Origin: an uncultured Omnitrophica bacterium
GTDB lineage: Bacteria; Omnitrophota; Gorgyraeia; JACQQV01
Reading direction: 5' to 3'
Assembly (NCBI GenBank): GCA_947085655.1
Contig: CAMTXH010000010.1
Coordinates: 82,015 to 146,014 of the forward strand
DNA: 64,000 nucleotides
The translations under genes and the position numbers were made by a program. The notes below the pieces were generated by a model. It did no database searches, was not told the DNA's origin, and was given only the letters and a program-made list of their open reading frames with translations. Each line of letters begins with the position of its first letter. Within the stretch, counting starts at the first letter, position 1. Of the stretch, positions 1 to 9,506 are shown in pieces.

Positions 1-106
1 TATAAATTGGCAAGAGATGTTTGTTGGTAACATCCGTCAGGGGATGAAGACGGCTTCCCAAACCTCCAGCAAGAATGATCCCCCGAATATGATCTGGTTT
101 AGCCAT
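1..106 (-). CDS. rfbA: glucose-1-phosphate thymidylyltransferase / sugar nucleotidyltransferase, N-terminal part (runs off left edge)
   Basis: Manual translation from ATG at 106: MAKPDHIRGIILAGGLGSRLHPLTDVTNKHLLPIY, the LAGGxGxRLxPxT..NKxLLPIY signature; start overlaps the stop of the rmlC-like gene. Not in the ORF track. Confidence 0.85.
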   Translation of the reverse strand, partial: MAKPDHIRGIILAGGLGSRLHPLTDVTNKHLLPIY

Positions 107-554
107 TTGCACAACTCCAATCATAGGGCACTTCCTTCGAATCAAAAGGAAGGCGGTATTCATCCGGTTTTTCATAATGGTAAGGCTCCGAGGAGACATT
201 GATCAGCAAAACCTCCTCGTCACCCACCGCCTTAAAGCCGTGGTAGACCCAAGGGGGGATTTGGACCAAAATCGGATGGTGTGGGCCCATCGAAAACTCA
301 TTGATTTCCCGATGGGTTGGAGAGTCCTTTCGTGCGTCATACAGAACCAAAAGCATCTTCCCGCTCACACAGACAAAGTGATCGTACTGGATTTTGTGAT
401 AGTGCCAGCCCTTCACGACGCCCGGATTCGCCGTGGTCAGGTAAACCTGTCCAAAGTTTCGGAAAATTTCATCGTCGTTCCTCAGCATCTCCATCAAGCG
501 CCCCCGGTCATCCGGCATCACCTTCAGTTCCTTGACCATCACGTTCTCGATCAT
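99..554 (-). CDS. rfbC: dTDP-4-dehydrorhamnose 3,5-epimerase family cupin (RmlC/SpsL-like)
   Basis: DDRGRLME, GVVKGWHYH, YDARKDSPT, IPPWVYHGF motifs; likely start MIENV at 554 (ATGA overlap with upstream stop). Confidence 0.85.
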   Translation of the reverse strand: MIENVMVKELKVMPDDRGRLMEMLRNDDEIFRNFGQVYLTTANPGVVKGWHYHKIQYDHFVCVSGKMLLVLYDARKDSPTHREINEFSMGPHHPILVQIPPWVYHGFKAVGDEEVLLINVSSEPYHYEKPDEYRLPFDSKEVPYDWSCANG

Positions 555-2386
555 GCCGTTCCTCCATTTCCATCGTCTTGAATATTGATGACATAGGGCA
601 TCCGGTGGCAAAGAATGTTGTTTCGCTGGCAGTTCTCATACACATCCGCCAACTGCTTATCAGAAACAGAGGGAATGGCGATGAGCACCTCCTCAACCCT
701 TTCCTGCCTGGCAATCGTGACCAAATCATGGCGGGTTCCCAAAACAGGGATGCCGTGGATGAGATGGTCGCGTTTCTTCTTGTCGTCGTCTATAAAGCCG
801 ACCAGTTTGTAATTCAGTCGGCGATTGTTCCGGATTTCACGGAGGGCCAGTTCCCCCGCATCCCCCGCCCCCATAATCAGGATCCGTTTGCCATGCTCTC
901 CCAAGGAAATGAAAAATTCCCGAAAGAATCGGAGGACAACCCGGGAGCCGGCCACCAACACAAGGAGGAGAAGCCCATCGATGACGAAGACGGCGCGGGA
1001 ATATCCCTCAAATCGGAAAAGATACACCAAGTACAGAACGGCTACAATTTGACCCACCACCACCGCCTTGAAAATAGCCATAAGATCATTCAAACTGACG
1101 TATCGCCAAACTCCCCGATAAAGGCCGAAGGTGAAAAAAGAAATGATTTTGATGCCGATCAGAACAGGAAGAGACTCCAAGATCAACTGATGGTTGATTT
1201 CTGAAATGACCCCCTCAAACCGGAGGAGAAACGCCGAAAAATAGGCAAGGCAAATCAGCGAAAGATCCACCAACACCTCGACAATCCGCCGCTTGTGATA
1301 CAGAATGCCATCGAGAAAAATCCATCCTGTTTTCTCTCCGTTCGCCTTCAACTTTTCCTCGTCTGTATAGACTTTGATTTCGCCAAGAAATCTCCCGAAG
1401 GAAAAAAGTCCGATGGCGGCGAGCCCCACCAGAACCACCATTACCGCAGGATTTAACTTCGTATAAAGAAGGGTCAGCCCCCCAAACAAAAGACTCACAA
1501 TATAAAGCGTGAGGACTGCCTTCCGTTCCGACAAACCAAAGGCGACCAAACGGTGGGAGGCATGATCGCGTCCGCCATGGGAGATGGGGCGTTGGTTCAG
1601 TCTCCGTGCAAGCGTCACGAGAGTCGTATCCAAGATTGGGACGGAAAGGGCCAAGACCGGAAGGGCGAAAATGACGACCAAATTCGATATTCCCTGATCG
1701 ATTTGAAGAATTGCCCCGACTGCCAAAAGATAACCCAACAGCATACTCCCGCAGTCCCCCATAAAGATTTGGGCAGGGGTGAAGTTATACCGGAGAAACG
1801 CAAGGGTCGCACCAATGAGCAAAGCCATCAGGATAGCAACGTGGGGATGGCCATTCATCAGGGTGTTCCCGAGAAGCGTCAAGGCGGAAATGACCGCGAT
1901 CCCGCCCGCCAGACCGTCCATGTTGTCCAGAAGATTTACTGCATTCATCAACCCCACAATCCAAAGAATCGTCAAGGGGATGCTGACTAGCGGTGAAATG
2001 CTCCCCGCGAACCGGACACCGAACCCGATGGTGACACAGGCGATCACGATTTGACCGATCAACTTGGAGGAGGGTTTGATCCGGATGAGATCATCCGCAA
2101 GACCCAATGCAACCGAAAGAGAACTTCCCAAAAGGATCATCCAAAAAATCATGCCGTCCCGGAGAAAGAGAAGAAACGAAACCAGAAAAGCGAGGAAGAT
2201 GGCGACCCCTCCCAAAAGAGGGGTCGGCCTCGAGTGCCAGCGATCCTGTTTCGGAAGGGAAACGCAATGAATCTTTAGGGCAAAGCGTTTGACCAGAGGT
2301 GTCAGTCCTAGAGCCAGAAAAAAACTAAAGGCGAACGCTGCTCCGACGGCGATAAGAGGGCTACTGTTTAAAATAGTCGATGACAC
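551..2386 (-). CDS. WecA/TagO-type polyprenyl-phosphate HexNAc-1-P transferase fused to a CapD/WcaJ-type membrane + Rossmann (CoA-binding-like) region
   Basis: PLLGG, GLADD, NAVNLLDNMDGLA, IFMGDCGS, DHASHRL motifs; C-terminal GLYRGVWRY and ILIMGAGDAGE...GFIDDD...PVLG region. Confidence 0.85.
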   Translation of the reverse strand: MSSTILNSSPLIAVGAAFAFSFFLALGLTPLVKRFALKIHCVSLPKQDRWHSRPTPLLGGVAIFLAFLVSFLLFLRDGMIFWMILLGSSLSVALGLADDLIRIKPSSKLIGQIVIACVTIGFGVRFAGSISPLVSIPLTILWIVGLMNAVNLLDNMDGLAGGIAVISALTLLGNTLMNGHPHVAILMALLIGATLAFLRYNFTPAQIFMGDCGSMLLGYLLAVGAILQIDQGISNLVVIFALPVLALSVPILDTTLVTLARRLNQRPISHGGRDHASHRLVAFGLSERKAVLTLYIVSLLFGGLTLLYTKLNPAVMVVLVGLAAIGLFSFGRFLGEIKVYTDEEKLKANGEKTGWIFLDGILYHKRRIVEVLVDLSLICLAYFSAFLLRFEGVISEINHQLILESLPVLIGIKIISFFTFGLYRGVWRYVSLNDLMAIFKAVVVGQIVAVLYLVYLFRFEGYSRAVFVIDGLLLLVLVAGSRVVLRFFREFFISLGEHGKRILIMGAGDAGELALREIRNNRRLNYKLVGFIDDDKKKRDHLIHGIPVLGTRHDLVTIARQERVEEVLIAIPSVSDKQLADVYENCQRNNILCHRMPYVINIQDDGNGGTA

Positions 2387-3320
2387 TCTTCAAAATCTCC
2401 TCAAGGTTCATTTTCGGTTTGTAGCCGAGTAGCGAATGTATTTTTTCAATGTTCGGCGTCCGCCGCTGCATATCCTCAAAACCCTCTCCATAGGCCTCCT
2501 CATAGGGAACATATTCAATCGGCGAGGCAGAACCAGTCATTTCCTTGACTCGTTTTGCCAGATCTTCGATCGTAATTTCTTCACCGTTTCCAACATTGAA
2601 GACGTCCCCTTCCGCCTTCGGCTCGTTCATCAGGGCAATCAATGCCGCGACGGTGTCGGAAACATGGTTAAAACTGCGCGATTGCTTTCCGTCTCCGTGG
2701 ACACGAATCGACTGTCCCAGGAGTGCCGCCTGAACAAAATTCGGAAGAACCATCCCGTACTGGCCTGTCTGCCGCGGCCCGACGGTGTTGAAAATCCTTG
2801 CAATCACGACCGGAAGCTTTTTCTCGATGTGGTATGCAAGGGCCAGGAACTCATCGATCGTCTTAGAGGAGGCGTAGGCCCAGCGTCTTTTCTTGACCGG
2901 CCCCAAGATCCGGTTGTCGTCCTCACGTAATGTATGCTCGACATGATTTCCGTAAATCTCCGAGGTAGAAGCCAGAAGAACTTTGCGTTTGTACTTATTC
3001 GCAATCTTCAGGACAATCTCAGTGCCTTTGACATTGGTCTCGATGGTTTCAATCGGTTTGTCCATAATGAGCCGGACGCCGACGGCTGCTGCCAGATGAT
3101 AAATTTGTTCAACGTTTTTAATCAGTTTGTCCATCACATCCTCGTTCATGATGCTATCTACGGTAAGGTGAAACTTCGGATGATGGACGATTCCTTCCAA
3201 ATTCTGCAATCTTCCTGTTGAGAGATTATCGATCACCCAAACCTCGTCTCCCCGCTCAAGGAGCGCTTCTGAAAGATGGGAACCGATAAACCCGGCTCCG
3301 CCCGTCACCAAGATTTTCAC
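2361..3320 (-). CDS. NAD-dependent nucleotide-sugar epimerase/dehydratase/decarboxylase (extended SDR)
   Basis: TGGAGFIG, HLAAAVG, STSEIYG, RWAYASSK (YxxxK), RIFNTVGPRQ; GTG start at 3320 preferred (ORF track extends to 3362). Confidence 0.9.
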   Translation of the reverse strand: MKILVTGGAGFIGSHLSEALLERGDEVWVIDNLSTGRLQNLEGIVHHPKFHLTVDSIMNEDVMDKLIKNVEQIYHLAAAVGVRLIMDKPIETIETNVKGTEIVLKIANKYKRKVLLASTSEIYGNHVEHTLREDDNRILGPVKKRRWAYASSKTIDEFLALAYHIEKKLPVVIARIFNTVGPRQTGQYGMVLPNFVQAALLGQSIRVHGDGKQSRSFNHVSDTVAALIALMNEPKAEGDVFNVGNGEEITIEDLAKRVKEMTGSASPIEYVPYEEAYGEGFEDMQRRTPNIEKIHSLLGYKPKMNLEEILKSVIDYFKQ

Positions 3321-3324
3321 GGAA

Positions 3325-5214
3325 TCACCTTCTCTTTCCCCTGTTTTCCAGTAACTCTTCATAAAGTATTTTCATGTCCGATATGAGCCGTTCCTTGGAA
3401 TACCGGTCCCGAACCCACTCACGACCCCTTTCCCCAAAGCGAATCCGGATCTCTGCATGATCCAAAAGGAATCCGATTCTGTCGCAGAAAGTCGATCCGT
3501 CCCCCGGCGACACAAGATACCCTGTGACTCCCTCCTGAACAACATCCGGAACCCCGCCCACCCGGGTCGAGACGACCGGCCGGGCCGCCGCCATTGCCTC
3601 AATCAGAGAAACTGGAGTCCCCTCATTTTTTGAGGTCTGAACCACCACATCCAAATCTGGGTAAATCCGCTCAAGGTCCTTCCGCCAGCCAAGAAACGTA
3701 ACGTGCCGTTTTAAACTCCGCCTTTGACATTCTGTCTCCAATGTCTCACGTAATTCGCCATCCCCCACAATGACAAAATGAACATCCTGGTGGCGCTTCA
3801 AAAGTTCCGCCGCGATCGAGAGGAAAAAGGCGTGGTCTTTGACCGGCACCAGCCGACCGACAATCCCGATGAGTCGGATTCCTTCCGAAAGCCCCAATTC
3901 CCTACGGAGAAAACCGCGATGCTTTTCCGCATCCAAAAAGGAGTCCAGATCGAGTCCTAAAGGGATAACCCGGATCTTTTCGGGAGAACCGATGCGGTAT
4001 TTCTGAGAAAGTTCCTGACGGACTTCTTCGCTGACCGCGATGAGGCAGTCGGACCGGCGGGCGAGCCATCGTTCGACGGCGAGGAAAAACCGGGTCTTAG
4101 GTCCGTTGAAATAATCATGAAAGACATGGCCGTGATAGGTATGCACCCGGACCGGAACACCGACCAAAAGCGCTGCCAATCGACCCAATGCCCCCGCCTT
4201 CGCCATATGGGTGTGGACAATATCCGGACGTTCCCGCCTGAAAAGCCGGAGGAGTTTCCAGAAACTAATCCAGTCGGTCACCGGATGAATTTTCCGCCTC
4301 AGTTCCGGAACCGCATGCACCGAAATCCTAGGGTGCCCCTTGAGTTCCAACAAATTCCCCTCCCGGGGTTCGGTAGACCCTGAGACCAAAAGACTTTCAA
4401 ACTGGCCATGGTTCATTCCTTCCGTCAGGAAAAGGGCGTGCAAGGCGGGACCCCCGATATTCATACGGGTCACGACGCGCATGATTTTTCTTCGGCTTCC
4501 GTCCTTTTGACGGCGCCTCAATTCAAGAAGGCCGAGACCGCACTTCCAAACGATCTTAAAGAATTTCAAATGACTTTCTCTCCTGGCGATGGAAACAACA
4601 GGGACTTCGGCAATTCGAAGTCCGGAACGATTTGCCAAAAGGAGTATTTCCAAATCCCAAAGCCAGTCGTTTCGAACGGTCTTTTTCATGAGAGGAAACA
4701 GCGCTTCCCTTCTAAAAGCCTTGAGACCTGCCTGAGTATCACGAATGGACAATTTAAATAAGAAGGACAAGACAAATCGATAAATGGCCTGTACCAGATT
4801 TCTCATCCATCCCCGCTTCGCCTCTCCTCCAGGTACTGCTCTGGATCCAATAGCAATATCAAATCCTTCCTCCAGACGAACAAGCAGGTGTTCCAAATAA
4901 GAGACGTCGATCTCCAAATCGGCATCCAAGAAGGCATAATATTTGCTTTCGCCGTGCAGAAAGCCCTGTTTTAGAATTCCTCCCTTTCCGACGTTTTTTT
5001 CCTGTCTGACCACAACCACCTTCTCCGGATGTTTCAGGGATTCCTTTTGAAGGATTTCGTCAGAACCGTCCGTTGAGCCGTCATCCGCAAGAACCAAAGT
5101 GTAATCGTAACGCTTTTCTTCGAGGAAGGAACGAATTCGGTGAAGATTCGATTCCAGGATATCCCGCTCGTTAAAGATGGGGATCACCAGCGTCAATGTG
5201 TGAAAGGTGTTCAT
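3325..5214 (-). CDS. GT2 (Dol-P-Glc synthase-like) + GT4 glycosyltransferase fusion
   Basis: N-terminal IPIFNE, DDGSTD, DADL, DTQAGLK; C-terminal HTHMAKAG, GRLVPVK, EGTPVSLIEAMA; start MNTFH at 5214. Confidence 0.9.
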   Translation of the reverse strand: MNTFHTLTLVIPIFNERDILESNLHRIRSFLEEKRYDYTLVLADDGSTDGSDEILQKESLKHPEKVVVVRQEKNVGKGGILKQGFLHGESKYYAFLDADLEIDVSYLEHLLVRLEEGFDIAIGSRAVPGGEAKRGWMRNLVQAIYRFVLSFLFKLSIRDTQAGLKAFRREALFPLMKKTVRNDWLWDLEILLLANRSGLRIAEVPVVSIARRESHLKFFKIVWKCGLGLLELRRRQKDGSRRKIMRVVTRMNIGGPALHALFLTEGMNHGQFESLLVSGSTEPREGNLLELKGHPRISVHAVPELRRKIHPVTDWISFWKLLRLFRRERPDIVHTHMAKAGALGRLAALLVGVPVRVHTYHGHVFHDYFNGPKTRFFLAVERWLARRSDCLIAVSEEVRQELSQKYRIGSPEKIRVIPLGLDLDSFLDAEKHRGFLRRELGLSEGIRLIGIVGRLVPVKDHAFFLSIAAELLKRHQDVHFVIVGDGELRETLETECQRRSLKRHVTFLGWRKDLERIYPDLDVVVQTSKNEGTPVSLIEAMAAARPVVSTRVGGVPDVVQEGVTGYLVSPGDGSTFCDRIGFLLDHAEIRIRFGERGREWVRDRYSKERLISDMKILYEELLENRGKRR

Positions 5215-6506
5215 GAGGGTATAACCCCCTGTTGAGAGGCAAACAGGGCCAGATAAAGCCAAAGGTGCCTCAAGTGATGAAGATCAACGTAGAAACCTGT
5301 CAGTACCAAACCCAAAAGGGTATACGCCATAACCGGAGAGTAAGTTGCCTCGTTGTGTTTGAAGGCGTTTGGAAAGCGGCGTCTTGCTGTTTTGGCCAAA
5401 TGCATACAGAACATGGCAAAAGCGCCACACCCCAATAAGCCGCGTGTCGCCAGGAGTCCGAGCCAGGTACTGTGAGGCATGGCATAACGGTATCGGTCGT
5501 GAATTTTTTTTTCTGAGACCGCGTTTTGCGTCAGTATTTGAAAACCGCCGGGGCCGACACCAAGCCAGGGATGCTTCCGGAAGCCATCCCATGCAATCCG
5601 CTTCAAAAGGCCGTAGGAGGCAGGGTCAAATGTTATGGAAAATGTGAGTTTTGGAGACCCAACACCGCTTTGATAAAAAGAATACTGCATTTTAGAAGGG
5701 CCCAGGTCCTCACGGGACCAGCGCCATACCACATCTCTTACGACAATGGAGGACGACAATTCCAGGAGCAAAACAAGACCGACCAAGCCAGCAAGAACCA
5801 GCGTTTTATTCCTCCGCCACAGCAAAAGGAAAAGAACCGTTGCCGCAACACCGGCAAAAACCCGGGAATAGGTAAGCCAGAGGGCAAGGAAGGCGAAACC
5901 AAACAAAACGCTCCACTGGAAACGATGGTTTCCGACGGAAACCTTCTGCCATATAAGACTCAAAACAAGTACCAAATAGGTTGCTAACATCGTCGGCGCA
6001 AATTGGGGGCTGCAGAAGGTGGAGAGCAGGCGAACACGCTCCCCAAAAAAAGGCATCAGCGTCACAAAAACAAAAGGATTGTCTACACCCAGCATATGCA
6101 AAAGATACGCCCCCAGCCCGATGCCGGTGACGATGCCTCCCACAACAAGAAAAGTTGTAACGGTCTTTTGGGGCAGGCCCTTTTGTGACAAAACATGCAA
6201 GCTGGAGAAAAATATCAATATCACGTAAAGATCTTTTGTGACCTCAATCCAATGAGCACGCAGGCCTCCCCGAAAGAAGGACGAGACGATGCTGACCATC
6301 AGAAAAATTCCAAGCCATCGCGCATAAGGGTTCCCTAAGCGTCGTTTGTTTTTCTCGCGCATCCACTCCAGACCGGCGACAAGAATGAATATTCCGCCTA
6401 AAAGGTCCACAACCCCTATCAGTACGGGATGCATCAGGAAAGGAACGCTAAAGAGGTATGCCAAAAACAGCTTCCCTGAAAGAGATGTCCGCACGGCGTT
6501 ACACAA
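5211..6506 (-). CDS. O-antigen ligase/polymerase (Wzy_C/WaaL-like) membrane protein
   Basis: Multi-TM; LTYSR, HPWLGVGPGGF, PHSTWLGLLATRGLLG motifs. Confidence 0.8.
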   Translation of the reverse strand: MCNAVRTSLSGKLFLAYLFSVPFLMHPVLIGVVDLLGGIFILVAGLEWMREKNKRRLGNPYARWLGIFLMVSIVSSFFRGGLRAHWIEVTKDLYVILIFFSSLHVLSQKGLPQKTVTTFLVVGGIVTGIGLGAYLLHMLGVDNPFVFVTLMPFFGERVRLLSTFCSPQFAPTMLATYLVLVLSLIWQKVSVGNHRFQWSVLFGFAFLALWLTYSRVFAGVAATVLFLLLWRRNKTLVLAGLVGLVLLLELSSSIVVRDVVWRWSREDLGPSKMQYSFYQSGVGSPKLTFSITFDPASYGLLKRIAWDGFRKHPWLGVGPGGFQILTQNAVSEKKIHDRYRYAMPHSTWLGLLATRGLLGCGAFAMFCMHLAKTARRRFPNAFKHNEATYSPVMAYTLLGLVLTGFYVDLHHLRHLWLYLALFASQQGVIPS

Positions 6507-8343
6507 ATCCTTTCAACCAGGAATAAAGAATACCCAGCACCTCGTGAAGCAGTGCCCGAAGTTGACCCATTTGAACCGGCACTTTTTTCCCGTAAAAACT
6601 GCTTTTCGCAACGGGAAGGTAGCGTACCTCAATGTCCGGTGCCACCTTGTGAAATACCATCGATAAGCGCCGCATGTGATAGGGGGCGCTGACCAAAAGG
6701 ATAGAGTCCCATTTCTTTTGTGCAAGGATTTCTTTCACAAATTGAACATTTTCATAGGTGCTAGAAGAATGGGTCTCCAACAAAATTGCATCCTCCGGAA
6801 CGCCGCTTGATGTCGCGATCAATTTCATGTCTTCTGCTTCCTGATAGGAATAGACATAGCCGGATGAGAAGAGAATGGCAGGAGCCCAACCGGCCTTGTA
6901 AAGCTCCGAGGCGTACCGCGCCCGTTCAATGGTGCTGATCCCAGGGTGCCTTGTCTCACCCACCCCACCCCCCAATACGACGATCACATCCGCTTTTTGG
7001 GGAGCTTCTGCAATCTTCAGGGGACTTGCAAGCATCCAGATGAAGGGCGTATAAAAGAAAGCCGCCCAGCTGATTCCCACAACAACCAGGATCGTCGCAA
7101 GTTTCCTTCTTGTCTTCCGGTAGGCCATTTGAAACGCACTCGCCCAATGAGACTCCGAAAATGCCCTCTTTTCCTTTATCCTGTCCGCAATCAGCATGCT
7201 CATGGATTCAATCCGGTTTGTCCAGCTGTTCTGGCGTGCGGCATCAATCCGTCTCTGAACATCAGTCCCATTTGCGGTTTTTAGTGTTTCTTGAACCCGA
7301 CGAAAAAAAGAATCGGGACCGTCCCCGATGGACACCAGTTCCCCGAAATCCCGATTGAAACGGATGACTTCCGGGAGAGGTGTCGAGACAACCGGTTTCC
7401 CCAGAAAAAAATACTCATTCAGCTTGGTCGGATAGACGCACCGGGTATAGTCCGTCAGAACGTAGGGAATGAGTCCCACATCAAACGCCTGAATGTATCC
7501 GGGAAGCTCCTCGTGGGTCCTTCCGCCGACAAAGTGGATGTTCGGCCGTTTTTCCAGAAGACTGACATCCGTCTGCACCGGCCCGACAAGGACAAAGGAA
7601 CAATCCGGCATTTTCCCTGCCAAATGATGCAACAGGTTCTGGTCAATCCACTTGTGGACACCTCCGACATAGCCGATCAAGGGCCGTTTCAGCGCCGCAA
7701 GTTCCGAGGGTTGCCGGGCAGAGGCCTGCTTGGCCTTTTCGAATGTTCTGAGCGAAACGCCGAATGGGAAGAAATGAACAGAGGTGTTAGATGTCTCGCA
7801 GCGGCGTTTCAATTGCTCCGAAGTCACGAAAATCAGATCCGCTCTTTCGCAAAGACGTTTCTCGGAGCGCCTTATTTTTTCGGCGGCGCGGCTGCTGCTG
7901 GCGAAATGGTCGATGCAGTAATAAATAAGGCACTGGTGGTCGATGTGGTCGATGAGATCCAAAACGAGATCTGTCGGCAAAAATGTCCAGATGATCGGTT
8001 TGTCAAATTGGACGGACCGCATCCACCGCCTGAGTGTTCTCAGCAGGATCAAGGAGTTAATCCGCGTCGCAATAGCTGAATACGGGAACGGCAGGGCCAA
8101 GGGGGAAAAGATAAAAAGTCCCTCTGATTTTTTCCGGATTCCCCCCAGTCCTTTTTTCCAATTCAGAAAGCGCTTTTTCAACCTCGGCAAATCCCGCAGG
8201 CCCGGCGTCCGAACACCCAGATTTTCTACAAAGAGGACGCGGTTTCCCTCTTCCGCCAAAGTCGTCATAATTTCTTGGTGGCCCTGCCAAATAAAGTCCC
8301 AATCGATCGAAGAGATACAGAGAATGTTTTCGTTCTTTAACAT
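6499..8343 (-). CDS. GT-B (TuaH-like) glycosyltransferase fused via a TM helix to a DUF218 (YdcF/ElyC-like) domain
   Basis: SIDWDFIWQGHQ, YYCID, PTKLNEY..GKPVVST; then TM and ADVIVVLGGG, SSSTYEN, VSAPYHMRR, HE motifs of DUF218; start MLKNE at 8343. Confidence 0.85.
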   Translation of the reverse strand: MLKNENILCISSIDWDFIWQGHQEIMTTLAEEGNRVLFVENLGVRTPGLRDLPRLKKRFLNWKKGLGGIRKKSEGLFIFSPLALPFPYSAIATRINSLILLRTLRRWMRSVQFDKPIIWTFLPTDLVLDLIDHIDHQCLIYYCIDHFASSSRAAEKIRRSEKRLCERADLIFVTSEQLKRRCETSNTSVHFFPFGVSLRTFEKAKQASARQPSELAALKRPLIGYVGGVHKWIDQNLLHHLAGKMPDCSFVLVGPVQTDVSLLEKRPNIHFVGGRTHEELPGYIQAFDVGLIPYVLTDYTRCVYPTKLNEYFFLGKPVVSTPLPEVIRFNRDFGELVSIGDGPDSFFRRVQETLKTANGTDVQRRIDAARQNSWTNRIESMSMLIADRIKEKRAFSESHWASAFQMAYRKTRRKLATILVVVGISWAAFFYTPFIWMLASPLKIAEAPQKADVIVVLGGGVGETRHPGISTIERARYASELYKAGWAPAILFSSGYVYSYQEAEDMKLIATSSGVPEDAILLETHSSSTYENVQFVKEILAQKKWDSILLVSAPYHMRRLSMVFHKVAPDIEVRYLPVAKSSFYGKKVPVQMGQLRALLHEVLGILYSWLKGFV

Positions 8344-9506
8344 GCAAAGACCTCTCGAAGAAGCCCCTCGACCGTCGCGGCACGGTGCTCCCAAGTGTGT
8401 TGGAGGGCGAACTCGACCCTGGACCGTTCCTTGTCTCCTTTTTCCCCCAGTGCTTTTTGGATCTGCAAGATGAATGAAGAACTATCCTCTGCCACGTAGA
8501 CCAATCCGTCCATCTCTTCAAAGCTTCCAAGCGGTGTCGAGACAACCGGTTTTCCGACAGCCAGATATTCAAAGATCTTTAATGTCGAAAGCCCCTCGGT
8601 GAACGGGTCCACGATGAAGGGATGCAGGCACACATCGGCTTCTCTCAAAAACTGGGGAACCCGGCGTCGTTCCTGCTCCCCCAGGTAAAAGACATTGGGA
8701 AGCCGGAAAAGTTCCCGGAAGGCCGTTTTCCCTCTCATCAGCCGCCCGATCAAAAGCAAAGACCAGTCTCTCTTTTGCTGCATCACCTCAACCATAAGAG
8801 GAATGTTAAACTTACGCGCATCAAGATGTCCGGCAAAGGCCAGTCGGGGTGAAGGAATCCGGTGAAGCGCCCCGTTCTCATCCGAAGACGGCATCCGGGA
8901 TTCCCTAAAGAAAATGGTTTCATCAACGGCACTCGGGAGAAAACAGATCCTTCGAGGACTTGCAGGAAAAAGAGCTGCCCGCCGTTCGGACATCGTGAAG
9001 ACAAGATCCGCCCGCCGTAAAAGTTCCGCCTCCACCTCCTGGAGGGTCCTCTGCCGAAGCCAGATGTTTCTCTCCGCCGAGTGACCCTCAAGGGCGTGGT
9101 ACACGACCCCAGCCACATCGCCAAAGGCCGGTATCGCATCAGCCGCCAGGGGCGTATAAGTCCATAGAAGCGGTGTTGTAAAGTGGAGCCGGGACAAAAC
9201 CTGTTTTAATTCATTCACCAGACGCCTCTGGTTCCATTGGTTGATCCGGCGATCATAAGCCCCAAAGGGAAACGACAGGGAGGGTGTGTACACCCAAAGA
9301 GACGGTGCGACACTGCGCAAAGCCCCATTCTTCTTCCATCGTCCCCGCAAAGATTTGTAACGGAAGGGGTGAAGGCAGGATGCCTGATATTCCACAAAGA
9401 GCACGCGACGCTGCCCGGCCAGCCGGCGCATGATCTGCTGCCGGCTGCCGACCGGAAAATCCCAATCCGATGTAGAGAAACAAACAATGTCAAAACTAGG
9501 TGTCAT
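8337..9506 (-). CDS. GT-B glycosyltransferase (TuaH-like, GT4-related)
   Basis: SDW...SRQQ, LKIFEYLAVGKPVVST, HTWEHR; start MTPSF at 9506. Confidence 0.85.
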   Translation of the reverse strand: MTPSFDIVCFSTSDWDFPVGSRQQIMRRLAGQRRVLFVEYQASCLHPFRYKSLRGRWKKNGALRSVAPSLWVYTPSLSFPFGAYDRRINQWNQRRLVNELKQVLSRLHFTTPLLWTYTPLAADAIPAFGDVAGVVYHALEGHSAERNIWLRQRTLQEVEAELLRRADLVFTMSERRAALFPASPRRICFLPSAVDETIFFRESRMPSSDENGALHRIPSPRLAFAGHLDARKFNIPLMVEVMQQKRDWSLLLIGRLMRGKTAFRELFRLPNVFYLGEQERRRVPQFLREADVCLHPFIVDPFTEGLSTLKIFEYLAVGKPVVSTPLGSFEEMDGLVYVAEDSSSFILQIQKALGEKGDKERSRVEFALQHTWEHRAATVEGLLREVFAC

